Assembly (NCBI GenBank): GCA_028705995.1
Contig: JAQWCH010000003.1
Span: forward strand, 13,385-77,384
Direction: 5' to 3'
Length of the DNA: 64,000 bases
Source: Bacilli bacterium
GTDB taxonomy: Bacteria > Bacillota_I > Bacilli_A > RFN20 > CAG-826
Shown: piece by piece, positions 53,636 through 63,591 of the stretch
Position numbering within the stretch: position 1 is the stretch's first letter
Layout of the letters: every line of letters starts with the position of its first letter
The notes under the pieces: generated by a model
Told to the model about the DNA's origin: nothing
The model's database searches: none
Seen by the model: the letters and a program-made list of their open reading frames with translations, nothing else
Position numbers and translations under genes: made by a program

Positions 53636-54991
53636 ATGAAAAAAATCGCGGCCATATTCAAAAACAAAGAGATTGTCGATCGTATTTTCTTTACCATCAT
53701 GATCCTGTTTGTCTTTCGGCTTGGCGCGGCGATTAAAGTTCCAGGTGTTACAGTGAGCGATTTATCGTTCTCAAATAATGATGCCTTTGGACTCATGAAC
53801 CTTCTTGGGGGCGGAACTTTACAAAGTTTTTCCATTTTTGCCCTTGGGGTAAGTCCTTATATTACCGCGCAGATTATCGTGCAGTTACTATCGATGGATG
53901 TGCTACCGGCCTTGACGGAACTTTCCAAACAAGGTCAAGCCGGGCGGAAAAAATTAGATTTGACCAACCGGTATCTAACTTTACTTCTTGGTGCTGTTCA
54001 AGCGTACGGCATAATTAAAACAATGGAAGTAAATAGTTATATTACGCTCGACTCTACTAGTTTCTGGTCCTATACCTATATCATTACAATCATGCTATCA
54101 GGCACGATGTTAACGATGTGGTTAGGTGATCAAATTACGACAAAGGGTATTGGCAATGGGATCTCGATGATTATCTTTGCCGGTATTGTTGTTAGTTTAC
54201 CCAATCAAATCACCAGCGCCTATCAAACATGGTTAGCTGATAAATTTGGCCAAACATCCGCCCGTATTCTCTCTGGTGCGATGCAGTTTGGTATTTATAT
54301 TCTCGCTTTTGTACTTATTATTGGTTTCATCACATTTATTGAGATGAGTCAAAGAAAAATACCTGTTCAGCACGCTGGTAAAGGCGGGATGACTGCGAAG
54401 TATTCGCAAGCGTCCTTCTTACCAATCAAAATCAACTCATCAGGGGTGATTCCAGTCATCTTTGCTTCATCAATTATGATGGCGCCACAAGTGATTGTCT
54501 CATTTATTGCTGGTGCAAATCAAAATGCTGAATGGCTTAAAATTTTTAATTCATCCGATTTGGTGCGCATGCCGTGGTTTAATAATCAAACATGGCAGAT
54601 GCCATGGGGTCTAATTATCTATATTACGCTAATTGTCCTCTTTGCATTCTTCTATGCCAAAATTCAAATTAACCCCGAACAACTCGCAGAAAACTTCCAA
54701 AAAAATGGCAGCTACATTCCCGGTGTTCGGCCAGGTAATGAAACTGAACGCTATGTCAATAAAGTCGTCAATCGGATTACGGTAATTGGGGCAACATCAT
54801 TAGCCACGATTGCCGCCTTACCAATCTTACTCGTCTTGTTCCAAGTTGTTCCAGATCAAAGCCTGGCGCTTGGCGGAACTGGGCTCATCATTGTTGTTGG
54901 TGTGGCGATGGAACTTAACAATCAAATCGATGGACTGCTTGCCGGTAAATCATTTGAGGAAGTTGTAAGAAAAGGAGGACGCAGACGTTAA
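53636..54991 (+). CDS. secY: preprotein translocase subunit SecY
   Basis: 451 aa, 10 TM segments, FALGVSPYITAQII, GIGNGISMIIFAGI. Confidence 0.97.
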   Translation: MKKIAAIFKNKEIVDRIFFTIMILFVFRLGAAIKVPGVTVSDLSFSNNDAFGLMNLLGGGTLQSFSIFALGVSPYITAQIIVQLLSMDVLPALTELSKQGQAGRKKLDLTNRYLTLLLGAVQAYGIIKTMEVNSYITLDSTSFWSYTYIITIMLSGTMLTMWLGDQITTKGIGNGISMIIFAGIVVSLPNQITSAYQTWLADKFGQTSARILSGAMQFGIYILAFVLIIGFITFIEMSQRKIPVQHAGKGGMTAKYSQASFLPIKINSSGVIPVIFASSIMMAPQVIVSFIAGANQNAEWLKIFNSSDLVRMPWFNNQTWQMPWGLIIYITLIVLFAFFYAKIQINPEQLAENFQKNGSYIPGVRPGNETERYVNKVVNRITVIGATSLATIAALPILLVLFQVVPDQSLALGGTGLIIVVGVAMELNNQIDGLLAGKSFEEVVRKGGRRR

Positions 54992-55650
54992 TGATTAATA
55001 TAATTTTAATGGGGCCTCCTGGTGCTGGAAAAGGTACCCAGGCCAAAATGCTTATCCAAGCTTTCAATATTCCACACATTTCAACTGGCGATATGTTTCG
55101 GGAAGCGATTAAGGCCGGAACACCACTCGGTGTTTTAGCACAATCGTATATTCAAAAGGGCGATCTCGTCCCAGATGAAGTAACAATTGGTCTTGTTAAA
55201 GAGCGCTTAGCGCAAAAAGATTGTGCCAATGGTTATTTACTCGATGGATTTCCTCGGACACTACCACAAGCCGAAGCGCTAGAAAAACTTACCGAAGAAC
55301 TCGGTGCACCCATTGGCGCTGTAATTAATTTAGATGCCGATAAGGCCGAACTTGTTCGGCGGATCAGTGGCCGTCGTGTCTGCCGTAATTGCGGAGCACC
55401 CTATCATGTTGATACATTACGCCCGTTAATCGATGGCGTATGTGATATATGTGGCGGCGAACTCTATCAACGCAAAGACGATACTGTCGAAGCGCTAGAA
55501 ACACGTTTACATCATTATTATGAAGACACAAAACCATTAGAAAACTTTTATCGCGAACGTAAACTTTTAATAAATCTTAACGGTCTTACACCGAAGGATG
55601 AATTATTTGTTCAAATCTCGGAAATTTTCAAAAAGGTTGATCAAAAATGA
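54991..55650 (+). CDS. adk: adenylate kinase (zinc-lid type)
   Basis: GPPGAGKGTQA, and CRNCGAPYH...CDICGG in the lid. Confidence 0.97.
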   Translation: MINIILMGPPGAGKGTQAKMLIQAFNIPHISTGDMFREAIKAGTPLGVLAQSYIQKGDLVPDEVTIGLVKERLAQKDCANGYLLDGFPRTLPQAEALEKLTEELGAPIGAVINLDADKAELVRRISGRRVCRNCGAPYHVDTLRPLIDGVCDICGGELYQRKDDTVEALETRLHHYYEDTKPLENFYRERKLLINLNGLTPKDELFVQISEIFKKVDQK

Positions 55651-56438
55651 TCGAATGCAAATCACCGCGGGAAATCGCGCTGATGCGTGCGGCGGGACGT
55701 GTTGTGGCGACAGTTTTTAAAGAACTTGAACCATTATGCCGTCCTGGCGTATCGACTGCTGAACTAAATCAAGAAGCCGGTCGAATCATTCGCTCAGCGG
55801 GTGCCACACCAACTTTTCTTGGTTATGGCGGTTTCCCCGGTAATATTTGTGTGTCGGTTAACGACACCTTGATTCATGGTATCCCTTCGAAGAAAATCAT
55901 TTTAAAAGAAGGTGATATCGTTAGCCTCGACGTTGGGGCGACTTTAGCAGGTTACTGCGCAGATGCCGCACGGACATTTGCGGTTGGTAATATTCTAGAA
56001 GCTACTAAACGGTTAGTGCAAACAACCGAAGAAAGCTTTTGGGAGGCGGTTAAAACGGAAGCAAAACCCGGCCACCACCTCTCAAATATCTCGCATGCGA
56101 TACAAAACTATTGCGAAGCTCGGGGTTATACACTAACTCCAGATTACACTGGCCATGGAATTGGCCGCAATCTTCACGAAGACCCGATGATTCCAAATGT
56201 TGGTGAACCGGGTCACGGACCGCGCTTGAAAACAGGAATGTGTCTAGCAATCGAACCAATGGTTAATGCCGGCGGTGTTGAACTAGATGTGATGCCTGAT
56301 CAATGGACGGTCAAAACACACGATGGTCAAAATAGCGCCCATTATGAAAATACGATTGTGATTACGGAAACCGGTTGTCAAATTTTGACAGTGTTACCAG
56401 AAATTACGATTGTTAATGGCGAAGTGATCATCAAGTAA
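55647..56438 (+). CDS. map: methionine aminopeptidase type I
   Basis: VSLDVGA, CADAARTF, HGIGRNLHEDP, LAIEPM, HYENT metal ligands. Confidence 0.96.
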   Translation: MIECKSPREIALMRAAGRVVATVFKELEPLCRPGVSTAELNQEAGRIIRSAGATPTFLGYGGFPGNICVSVNDTLIHGIPSKKIILKEGDIVSLDVGATLAGYCADAARTFAVGNILEATKRLVQTTEESFWEAVKTEAKPGHHLSNISHAIQNYCEARGYTLTPDYTGHGIGRNLHEDPMIPNVGEPGHGPRLKTGMCLAIEPMVNAGGVELDVMPDQWTVKTHDGQNSAHYENTIVITETGCQILTVLPEITIVNGEVIIK

Positions 56439-56461
56439 AAGCGGATAGTTATCTTCTTTCC

Positions 56462-56580
56462 AAAGTCATCTTTGATGTGATAGTAACTATGGACTTCAAG
56501 GCAACCCGTTTCGAGTAACACCGAGATATTATCAAAATATCTTGATCTTAATCGGCGCGAAGATCCATCCCGCTCTAAAT
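56462..56580 (+). pseudogene. infA: possible decayed infA (IF1) remnant in the canonical map-infA-rpmJ slot
   Basis: There is no ORF. By hand translation one frame gives SKVIFDVIVTMDFKA. After a 1-nt shift the next gives FRVTPRYYQNILILIGAKIHPALN-stop. These loosely resemble IF1 AKDDVIE.EGTV..PNAMFRVEL and NYIRILPGDKVTVEL, with about 13 codons missing between them. The evidence is weak. Confidence 0.3.
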
Positions 56581-56625
56581 TGAATACGGGTTAAACATCC
56601 CATGAGGGAAAACGGAGGAAGTATT

Positions 56626-56739
56626 ATGAAAGTAAGAGCCTCAGTCAAACCGATTTGCGATAAGTGCAAAGTAATTCGCCGCAAAGGCAAATTAATGGTG
56701 ATTTGCGAAAATCCCAAGCACAAGCAAAGACAAGGTTAA
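56626..56739 (+). CDS. rpmJ: 50S ribosomal protein L36 (absent from the ORF track, 37 aa)
   Basis: My translation is [43 protein letters not shown] lies 7 nt upstream. Confidence 0.95.
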   Translation: MKVRASVKPICDKCKVIRRKGKLMVICENPKHKQRQG

Positions 56740-56757
56740 TTAGGAGGAAATGGAATT

Positions 56758-57135
56758 ATGGCACGGATTGTAGGTGTAGATATTCCCAATGAAAAACGCG
56801 TTGTTATTGCCCTTACATACATTTTTGGTATTGGCTTAACAACGTCGAAAAAAATCTTAGAACGCGCGAAGGTTGATGAAAGCATCCGCGTCAAAGATTT
56901 AAGCGATGATCAATTAACAGCAATTCGCGCGGAAGTTGCGAAAGTCCGCGTTGAAGGTGATTTACATCGTGAAATTATGCTTAATATCAAACGGTTACAA
57001 GAAATTGGTTGTTACCGTGGTATTCGTCATCGTCGTGGTCTTCCAGTTCGTGGTCAACGCACCCGGACAAACGCTCGGACACGTAAAGGTCCACGGAAGA
57101 CAATCGCCAACAAGAAAATGGCGTCACAAGGTTAA
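56758..57135 (+). CDS. rpsM: 30S ribosomal protein S13
   Basis: [27 protein letters not shown]. Confidence 0.97.
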   Translation: MARIVGVDIPNEKRVVIALTYIFGIGLTTSKKILERAKVDESIRVKDLSDDQLTAIRAEVAKVRVEGDLHREIMLNIKRLQEIGCYRGIRHRRGLPVRGQRTRTNARTRKGPRKTIANKKMASQG

Positions 57136-57156
57136 TGAAAGGAGTTATGAATTATT

Positions 57157-57552
57157 ATGGCAGCAGCAAAAAGACCAACTGGTCGTAAAAAGAAAATCCG
57201 TCGTTCGTTTACTAAAGGCATCGCCCACATTCATTCAACTTTCAATAACACAATTGTTACCATCACTGATGAAGCCGGCAATGCAATTGCCTGGTCCTCA
57301 GCCGGTGCTTTAGGTTTCAAAGGTTCAAAAAAATCGACACCATGGGCAGCGCAAGTTGCTTCAGAAGCCGCGGCGAAAGTCGCTGTTGATCAAGGTTTAA
57401 CACAAGTCGATGTTAATGTTAAGGGTCCCGGTCAAGGGCGTGAAAGTGCTATCCGCGCTTTACAAACTTCCGGACTCAAAGTGCTCTCCATTACTGACAC
57501 GACCCCAATCCCACATAACGGATGCCGCCCACCAAAACGGCCACGGGGTTAA
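57157..57552 (+). CDS. rpsK: 30S ribosomal protein S11
   Basis: [33 protein letters not shown]. Confidence 0.97.
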   Translation: MAAAKRPTGRKKKIRRSFTKGIAHIHSTFNNTIVTITDEAGNAIAWSSAGALGFKGSKKSTPWAAQVASEAAAKVAVDQGLTQVDVNVKGPGQGRESAIRALQTSGLKVLSITDTTPIPHNGCRPPKRPRG

Positions 57553-57584
57553 GCGTGGATAAAATGCAAAGGGAGGAAAACAAT

Positions 57585-58547
57585 ATGTCTGTTATTGCAA
57601 TGCCACTTGAACGCGCAAAGTTCAAAATCGCCCAATTCGAAGAAGCAAAAAATTATGGTAAGTTCGTGATTGAACCACTTGAACGTGGCTTTGGTCTTAC
57701 ACTTGGTAACTCTTTACGGCGTGTCCTTTTATCTTCATTACCAGGTGCCAGTATTTATGCAGTCGAAATTCAAGGGGCTCGTCATGAATTCTCAGCTCTT
57801 GAAGGCATCGTTGAAGATGTAACGACGATTGTCCTTAATCTCAAAGATTTAGTCCTCCAAATCGCTGATGGTGAAACCACCAGTCGGCGGCTTGAATTAG
57901 ATGTCGCTGGTCCGGCAACTGTAACAGCTGCTGATATCAAACCTGGCGATTTCAAAATCGTCAATCCAGAATTAGTCATTGCCCATGTCGCAGAAGGTGG
58001 CCATTTAAAGATGGTCATGCATGCGCACAAAGGACGGGGCTATATCACAAGTGAAAACAACAAAGTACTCCATCAACAACTACCAGTTGGGACAATTGTC
58101 ACCGATAGCAATTATTCACCAGTGACGAAAGTCTCTTACGCCGTTGATCCAACTCGTGTTGGTCACAGTGCAAACTTTGACCGCTTAACACTTGAAGTGT
58201 GGACGAATGGTGCGATGAAACCACAAGACGCGGTGGCGCTCGCCGCCCGTATTCTTGTTGTCTTCCTTGAAGAATTTGCAACGCTTGATAAAAAAGCTGA
58301 AAAAATGCAGATTATTAAAGATGAAGAAAAAGAAAATGATGCTGTTCCGGAAATGACAATCGAAGAACTTGATCTCTCAGTCCGTTCTTACAATTGCTTG
58401 AAACGGGCAGGTATTCAAACAGTCTTAGAATTAACACAAATCACCGAAGAAGAAATGATGAAAGTCCGTAATCTCGGGAAGAAGTCATTAAAAGAAGTTA
58501 AAGACAAGTTAGATGAATACGGTCTTAAATTTCGGCAATTTGATTAA
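57585..58547 (+). CDS. rpoA: DNA-directed RNA polymerase alpha subunit
   Basis: GKFVIEPLERGFGLTLGNSLRRVLLSS, and LDLSVRSYNCLKRAGI in the C-terminal domain. GGGAGGA lies 7 nt upstream of 57585. Confidence 0.96.
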   Translation: MSVIAMPLERAKFKIAQFEEAKNYGKFVIEPLERGFGLTLGNSLRRVLLSSLPGASIYAVEIQGARHEFSALEGIVEDVTTIVLNLKDLVLQIADGETTSRRLELDVAGPATVTAADIKPGDFKIVNPELVIAHVAEGGHLKMVMHAHKGRGYITSENNKVLHQQLPVGTIVTDSNYSPVTKVSYAVDPTRVGHSANFDRLTLEVWTNGAMKPQDAVALAARILVVFLEEFATLDKKAEKMQIIKDEEKENDAVPEMTIEELDLSVRSYNCLKRAGIQTVLELTQITEEEMMKVRNLGKKSLKEVKDKLDEYGLKFRQFD

Positions 58548-58560
58548 GGAGTAAATTTAT

Positions 58561-58962
58561 ATGGGAACAATTGGACGTAAAAACGTACACGGCAAAGGCG
58601 GTGTACGCTTCAAAGCTGGATATACAGTTAGCAAAGATAAGTCAATGATTCGTAATGTCGTCTCGGAACTCATTGTTCATGGACGCGTGCAAGTTGGAGA
58701 AAAAGTTGCACATCAAGTTAGTCGTCAAGCCGATCGTTTAGTAACACTTGCCAAAGCAGGCGACCTTCATTCACGGCGTTTAGCCGCAGCGATTGTCCGC
58801 GAAGGCATTAAAAACGCTGATGGTGTAACAGCCCTTGATGTTTTATTCAACGAAATTGGGCCGCGTTATAAAGACCGTAATGGTGGTTATACACGTGTGC
58901 TTAAATTAGTCGCCCGCCGTGGTGATAACGCCCCGATGGCGTTACTAGAATTCGTTAAATAA
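58561..58962 (+). CDS. rplQ: 50S ribosomal protein L17 (N-terminal region carries an insertion)
   Basis: MIRNVVSELIVHGRV, YKDRNGGYTRVLK. Confidence 0.93.
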   Translation: MGTIGRKNVHGKGGVRFKAGYTVSKDKSMIRNVVSELIVHGRVQVGEKVAHQVSRQADRLVTLAKAGDLHSRRLAAAIVREGIKNADGVTALDVLFNEIGPRYKDRNGGYTRVLKLVARRGDNAPMALLEFVK

Positions 58963-58976
58963 GTTAAAGTAATAAA

Positions 58977-59016
58977 AACAGTTCGTAATAGTAAAACTAG
59001 GCGAGCTGTTTTTTTA
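58977..59016 (+). terminator. intrinsic terminator of the alpha operon
   Basis: 9-bp stem, aacagttcg paired with cgagctgtt (one G-U pair), with a 16-nt loop and a T7 run. Confidence 0.65.
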
Positions 59017-59049
59017 TTTTTTCAAATTTTTCTCGGCACGGAGATACAA

Positions 59050-59077
59050 TTGCATAAAAAAAGTAAATTGTTATAAT
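59050..59077 (+). promoter_or_regulatory. promoter with a -35 element and an extended -10
   Basis: TTGCAT (59050-59055), a 16-nt spacer, then TGTTATAAT (59069-59077). Confidence 0.55.
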
Positions 59078-59103
59078 TAACAAGTAATTTGATGGAGGTT
59101 TTT

Positions 59104-59610
59104 ATGCGATTTTCAACAAAATCAAAGGGCCTTAACGCCGTTATGGGAACCGCCCTTGCTTTGGTTCTTGTCGGGGCTTTATTAGTCCGTTACCGGATGA
59201 GCGTTTTAGAATCAGTTGTTTTTATTATTGGCGTTCTTCTTTCTGTCGTCGGACTTGTTACATTAATTACTTTTTTAAAAGGTAAAACACGTGGGACGAA
59301 CACATTAGTAATTAGTTTAATCGAATTAATTTTTGGTGTAGTCATTGCAATTTTTGCTTCTTCGTTTATCAAAGTTGGATTCGTCTTAATTGGCGTTGTC
59401 ATCTTAATTCTTGGCATCATTCAATTTGTTGATTATATTCAATTCCGCACAGGCGTATTTAGTTTAATTTTTGCTATCTTACGGGTTATTGTTGGCAGTT
59501 TGCTAATTGCTGTTCCTTGGACGGGCGGCGATATTGCCAATGTGTTTGCCCTTACAGTTGGGATTATTTCGATTGTCGTCGGTGTTAATTCATTATTTAT
59601 TGAAGTGTGA
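59104..59610 (+). CDS. membrane protein, possibly DUF308/HdeD-like
   Basis: About 6 TM segments with repeated G-rich helices. GGAGG lies 6 nt upstream of the ATG at 59104. Confidence 0.5.
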   Translation: MRFSTKSKGLNAVMGTALALVLVGALLVRYRMSVLESVVFIIGVLLSVVGLVTLITFLKGKTRGTNTLVISLIELIFGVVIAIFASSFIKVGFVLIGVVILILGIIQFVDYIQFRTGVFSLIFAILRVIVGSLLIAVPWTGGDIANVFALTVGIISIVVGVNSLFIEV

Positions 59611-59630
59611 AATTTATAAATTTAAACAAG

Positions 59631-59657
59631 AAAAGAGGCCGGTGGGCTTCTTTTTTT
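59631..59657 (+). terminator. intrinsic terminator
   Basis: Stem agaggcc paired with ggcttct, with loop ggtg and a T7 run. Confidence 0.7.
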
Positions 59658-59682
59658 GTATACTTTAAATAGGAGGTGAATC

Positions 59683-60171
59683 ATGAAAATAATTACTAAT
59701 TCAATAAAAGAAGGCTATTTTGAAGATGAATTTGGTAAATTTGGTCATAAAAACGAACACGGAATACCTGATGTTTCAATTCCGTTTACGATTATTGAAT
59801 ATCCAAAAGAAACAAAGGCTTTTGCATTAATCTTGATTGATTATGATGCCACGCCAGTAGCGGGAGCTCCATTTATTCATTGGTTAGTTAGTGATTTTAT
59901 TAACCCAACAATGGAAAAAGGTGAAAGTCATAAAAACAGCTTAATTGAAGGAATCAATTCTTGGTATCAACGCGGCAAAAATAAATGGCATGCACATGGT
60001 TATGGTGGCATGGCGCCACCAGACAAAGATCATATCTATACACTCTACGTTTTTGCACTTTCTGAGAAATTAAATATTGATAATGGTTTCTTCCTTAATG
60101 AGATGATTAAAAATATGGAAAAAAAGGTTATTGTTTGGACAAAAGTTGAGAGCTTATATCGCGCTCACTAA
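59683..60171 (+). CDS. YbhB/YbcL-family PEBP (Raf kinase inhibitor-like) protein
   Basis: FIHWLVSDF and DHIYTLYVFAL motifs. AGGAGG RBS. Confidence 0.75.
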   Translation: MKIITNSIKEGYFEDEFGKFGHKNEHGIPDVSIPFTIIEYPKETKAFALILIDYDATPVAGAPFIHWLVSDFINPTMEKGESHKNSLIEGINSWYQRGKNKWHAHGYGGMAPPDKDHIYTLYVFALSEKLNIDNGFFLNEMIKNMEKKVIVWTKVESLYRAH

Positions 60172-60260
60172 AACAAAAAATTACCTCATATTGATTAAGC
60201 GATTATACTTTATTTCACACATGTTTATGATATAATTTTTGTTAGGAAGGAGATTTTAAA

Positions 60261-60494
60261 ATGGAAAAATTTGTCAAATGGATGGATTCTCAATCGTTAC
60301 TTGTGAAGGTTATTTTCGCAATTCCGCTTCTTGACATCCTCTGGGTCGCTTATCGCCTTGTCAAAAGCCTTGTGAAAAAAAGCGTTCTTGGTATCGTTTT
60401 AGCAATTCTTTTAATTGTCATCGGGCTTCCCTGGTTATGGTTAGTTGACATCATTACATTGATTGTCGCTGGCAAAGTTATTTGGGTTGACTAA
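60261..60494 (+). CDS. small 2-TM membrane protein, unknown function
   Basis: 77-aa ORF with an AGGAAGGAG RBS and its own terminator. Confidence 0.5.
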   Translation: MEKFVKWMDSQSLLVKVIFAIPLLDILWVAYRLVKSLVKKSVLGIVLAILLIVIGLPWLWLVDIITLIVAGKVIWVD

Positions 60495-60514
60495 GTTTAC
60501 CTTGATTTCTCATG

Positions 60515-60546
60515 GAGGCTCCTTGATGGGAGCCTTTTTAATTTTT
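60515..60546 (+). terminator. intrinsic terminator
   Basis: 7-bp stem, aggctcc paired with ggagcct, with a 6-nt loop, followed by the T-rich run ttttaatttttt. Confidence 0.7.
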
Positions 60547-60700
60547 TAATACGTATTTTAGTTATCAGCAAAAAATGACTAAAATAAAATTACGTGAGCA
60601 TCAACATTTTCTAATAGTGTGTACAAGATATTTTTATTTAATTTGGATTTAGTTAGGTCTTTTAGTAAAATATAAAGACGGCATAATTGTAGAGGCACTT

Positions 60701-62038
60701 ATGGAGATAAAATTATATAATTCGTTAACTAATAAACTTGAAGTGTTTAAGCCTTTAGTTGAAGGTGAAGTATCACTTTATGTCTGTGGTCCAACGGTTT
60801 ACGACTACGTACACGTTGGCAACATGCGTCCTGTAGTTGTGTTTGATACACTAACGAATTTTTTCTCCTACCTCGGTTACCGTGTCAAACATGTTTCAAA
60901 TTATACAGATGTTGATGATCGGATTATTCAAAAGGCAATTGCTGGTGGAGTGAGTGAAAAAGCGATTGCGGAAAAATACATTTCTGCATATGAAGAAAAT
61001 ATTGATGATATAAATGCGAAAAAGCCGACAGTAAGCCCACGGGTTACTGAATTTATGCCCGAAATGATTGAATTTATTAAGGCATTGATTGATAAAGCAG
61101 CAGCATACGAAAAAAATGGAAACGTTTATTTCCGTGTTGAATCTGATAGTGATTATGGTGAATTATCAAATGCGCATAAAGATGATTTACTTGTGGGTGC
61201 ACGAATTGAAGAGAACATGGAAAAAGAATCTCCACTCGACTTCGTTTTGTGGAAAAAAACACTAGAAGGGGTGCGTTGGGATTCACCTTGGGGACCTGGT
61301 CGCCCAGGCTGGCATACCGAATGTGTTGTAATGATAGATAGTATTTTTCCCCAGAAATATATCGACATTCATGGCGGAGGTTTTGATTTAAAATTTCCTC
61401 ATCATGAAAACGAAATCGCACAGTCACGTGCGTTAAACAACAATACAATTGCACAAATTTGGATGCACAACGGCTTTATCAATTTTGATAATCAAAAAAT
61501 GTCCAAATCACTAGGCAATGTTGTAACTGCTCGTGATGCATTAAAGCAGTTTGGCGGCAATACACTACGTTTATTATTGCTCGAAACACATTATCGCGCT
61601 CCAGTTAATTTTACGCTAGAAGTTGCAACGTCTGCGAAAAATGAGATTGATAAAATTTTAAACACTTACAAGCAATTGGCAGTTACTCTTCAAGAACATG
61701 ACCTTGATTTAGCTAGCGGAACTTCGCAAGGTATTGAACCATTCCTTTCCGCTTTGGCCGATGATTTAAATACCTCTAATGCGATTAGCGAATTGTTTCT
61801 TGTTGTAAAAAACATTAACTCAGCGTTGAGAAATAAGGATTTAAATTTGAAAAATTTACTTAACAATTTCGCTGTGTTTCGTGATATGCTTATGATACTA
61901 GGAATTAAAGCATCATATCCGGTACTTGACGAAAGCGCGAGGATGCTTTTGGTTAACTATCGAAAAGCAAAAGCCGAACGTCGTTTTGATGAAAGCGATC
62001 GTTTAAGAGCACAATTGATTGAACGCAATATTTTTTAA
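60701..62038 (+). CDS. cysS: cysteinyl-tRNA synthetase
   Basis: CGPTVYDYVHVGN (HIGH-type), KMSKSLGN, the WHTEC zinc site, and HGGGFDLKFPHHENE. Confidence 0.95.
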   Translation: MEIKLYNSLTNKLEVFKPLVEGEVSLYVCGPTVYDYVHVGNMRPVVVFDTLTNFFSYLGYRVKHVSNYTDVDDRIIQKAIAGGVSEKAIAEKYISAYEENIDDINAKKPTVSPRVTEFMPEMIEFIKALIDKAAAYEKNGNVYFRVESDSDYGELSNAHKDDLLVGARIEENMEKESPLDFVLWKKTLEGVRWDSPWGPGRPGWHTECVVMIDSIFPQKYIDIHGGGFDLKFPHHENEIAQSRALNNNTIAQIWMHNGFINFDNQKMSKSLGNVVTARDALKQFGGNTLRLLLLETHYRAPVNFTLEVATSAKNEIDKILNTYKQLAVTLQEHDLDLASGTSQGIEPFLSALADDLNTSNAISELFLVVKNINSALRNKDLNLKNLLNNFAVFRDMLMILGIKASYPVLDESARMLLVNYRKAKAERRFDESDRLRAQLIERNIF

Positions 62039-62074
62039 AAAAATTGACGAAAGGATAACTAAAGGACGATTTTT

Positions 62075-62857
62075 ATGATAAACATTTTATTTCCTTTTCT
62101 AACTGTTGCTGAACCCGGTGCAATTGGCGGCGGAATTTTTACTATTGACCAATGGATTGTTGATTATTTCAACAACTTAGGCATGTGGGGCAACTTTTTA
62201 TTGATGGTGATTAGTCTCTTGGTTGGTTTCATCTTATCGGGAATTATCGGCTTTGAACGTGAATATCACGGTCATCCTGCAGGTTTACGCACACACATTT
62301 TAATTGGGTCTGGTTCAACATTAATCACACTGATTTCTATTTATGGATTCAGTTCCTTTGGTGATGCTGGTCGTGATCCAATGCGTTTAGCAGCGCAGAT
62401 TGTCCCAGGTATTGGTTTTCTCGGTGCGGGAACAATCATTCAAACGGGCACAGATATTAAAGGCTTAACAACCGCGACAACAATTTGGTTTGTGATGGCG
62501 GTTGGTCTTGCAAGTGGCGCCGGACGTTATTTATTAGCGTTAATTACGACATTATTAGCACTTGTTGTATTAGTCTCATTCCGTAAAGTTGAAAAATTTG
62601 CTAATCGAAGAGCGCCAAAAATTACACTTGTTGTTCCAAGCGACGCACCAATTTTGCGTGATGCACACATGATTGCTAATCGTTTTGGTGTGAATATTCG
62701 TGATGCACAAAGCCAATTAGTCGTAATCAATGGATACTCATATATCCGAGTTGATCTTAGTTGCGCATTTACATCAAAGAAAAATATATCGGCGTTTACC
62801 GATGCCTTAAAGGACACAATCAAACCATTGGAGTTTCGTATTTCGGTTGATCACTAA
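62075..62857 (+). CDS. mgtC: MgtC/SapB-family membrane protein (with an N-terminal extension)
   Basis: GFEREYHGHPAGLRTHILIGSGSTL and GLTTATTIWFVMAVGLASGAG. An alternative start exists at 62183. Confidence 0.8.
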   Translation: MINILFPFLTVAEPGAIGGGIFTIDQWIVDYFNNLGMWGNFLLMVISLLVGFILSGIIGFEREYHGHPAGLRTHILIGSGSTLITLISIYGFSSFGDAGRDPMRLAAQIVPGIGFLGAGTIIQTGTDIKGLTTATTIWFVMAVGLASGAGRYLLALITTLLALVVLVSFRKVEKFANRRAPKITLVVPSDAPILRDAHMIANRFGVNIRDAQSQLVVINGYSYIRVDLSCAFTSKKNISAFTDALKDTIKPLEFRISVDH

Positions 62858-62860
62858 TTT

Positions 62861-63583
62861 ATGGCAATTTATCTATATGGTCGCAACGCCGTCCGCAGTT
62901 CATTAATTAATCAAAAAGTTCATAAATTATATATTCACACAAATTTTCGTGATCAAGATATTTTAAAGTTGGCAAAAGAAGCCGGAATTGCTGTTGATAT
63001 TTGTGAAAACAATCAGCTCAATTCGTTAACTAATCAAGGAAAACATCAAGGAGTGGTTGCGCTTATTGATGATTTTTCTTACACGAGTTTGACGGATTTA
63101 ATCGCATATTCAAAAACAAAACATAAGCCATTTATTTTGATCCTTGCTGGAATTGAAGATCCACATAATCTTGGTGCTATTGCCCGAACAGTTGATGCTT
63201 TTAATATCGATGGAATTATTATTCCAAAGGACCGCTCGGTCGATGTTACACCCGCCGCTTTAAAAGTTGCGACTGGCGCTTTTGATTATGTGCGAGTTTC
63301 TCAGGTAACTAATTTAAACCAGTCTCTAAATACATTGAAGGATGCTGGCTTTTGGATCGTCAGCGCTGATGGAAGTGCAACGCAAGATTATTTAGATTTA
63401 GATTATGAATTTCCGCTTGCATTAGTTATTGGAAGTGAAGGCAAAGGCATTCCATCACTAGTTTTAAAAAATAGCGATTTTCGAGTTAAAATTCCAATGA
63501 ACGGACACGTAAACTCTTTAAATGCATCGGTAGCAACCGCGGTGCTCATTGCCGGTGTTATTTATAAACGAAATAAAATCTAG
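62861..63583 (+). CDS. rlmB: 23S rRNA (guanosine-2-prime-O)-methyltransferase RlmB (SpoU/TrmH family)
   Basis: HQGVVA, EDPHNLGAIARTV, LVIGSEGKGI, SLNASVA motifs. Firmicute-like cysS...rlmB-sigH synteny. Confidence 0.85.
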   Translation: MAIYLYGRNAVRSSLINQKVHKLYIHTNFRDQDILKLAKEAGIAVDICENNQLNSLTNQGKHQGVVALIDDFSYTSLTDLIAYSKTKHKPFILILAGIEDPHNLGAIARTVDAFNIDGIIIPKDRSVDVTPAALKVATGAFDYVRVSQVTNLNQSLNTLKDAGFWIVSADGSATQDYLDLDYEFPLALVIGSEGKGIPSLVLKNSDFRVKIPMNGHVNSLNASVATAVLIAGVIYKRNKI

Positions 63584-63591
63584 GAGGAAAA

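Noticed and set aside
56936-57313. 125-aa plus-strand ORF in an alternative frame spanning rpsM and rpsK
   Set aside because: It overlaps two canonical r-protein genes out of frame. It has no RBS, and its composition follows from the frame shift.
60576-60653. 25-aa ORF (MTKIKLREHQHFLIVCTRYFYLIWI) upstream of cysS
   Set aside because: It has no RBS and lies in an AT-rich spacer, so it is most likely a chance ORF.
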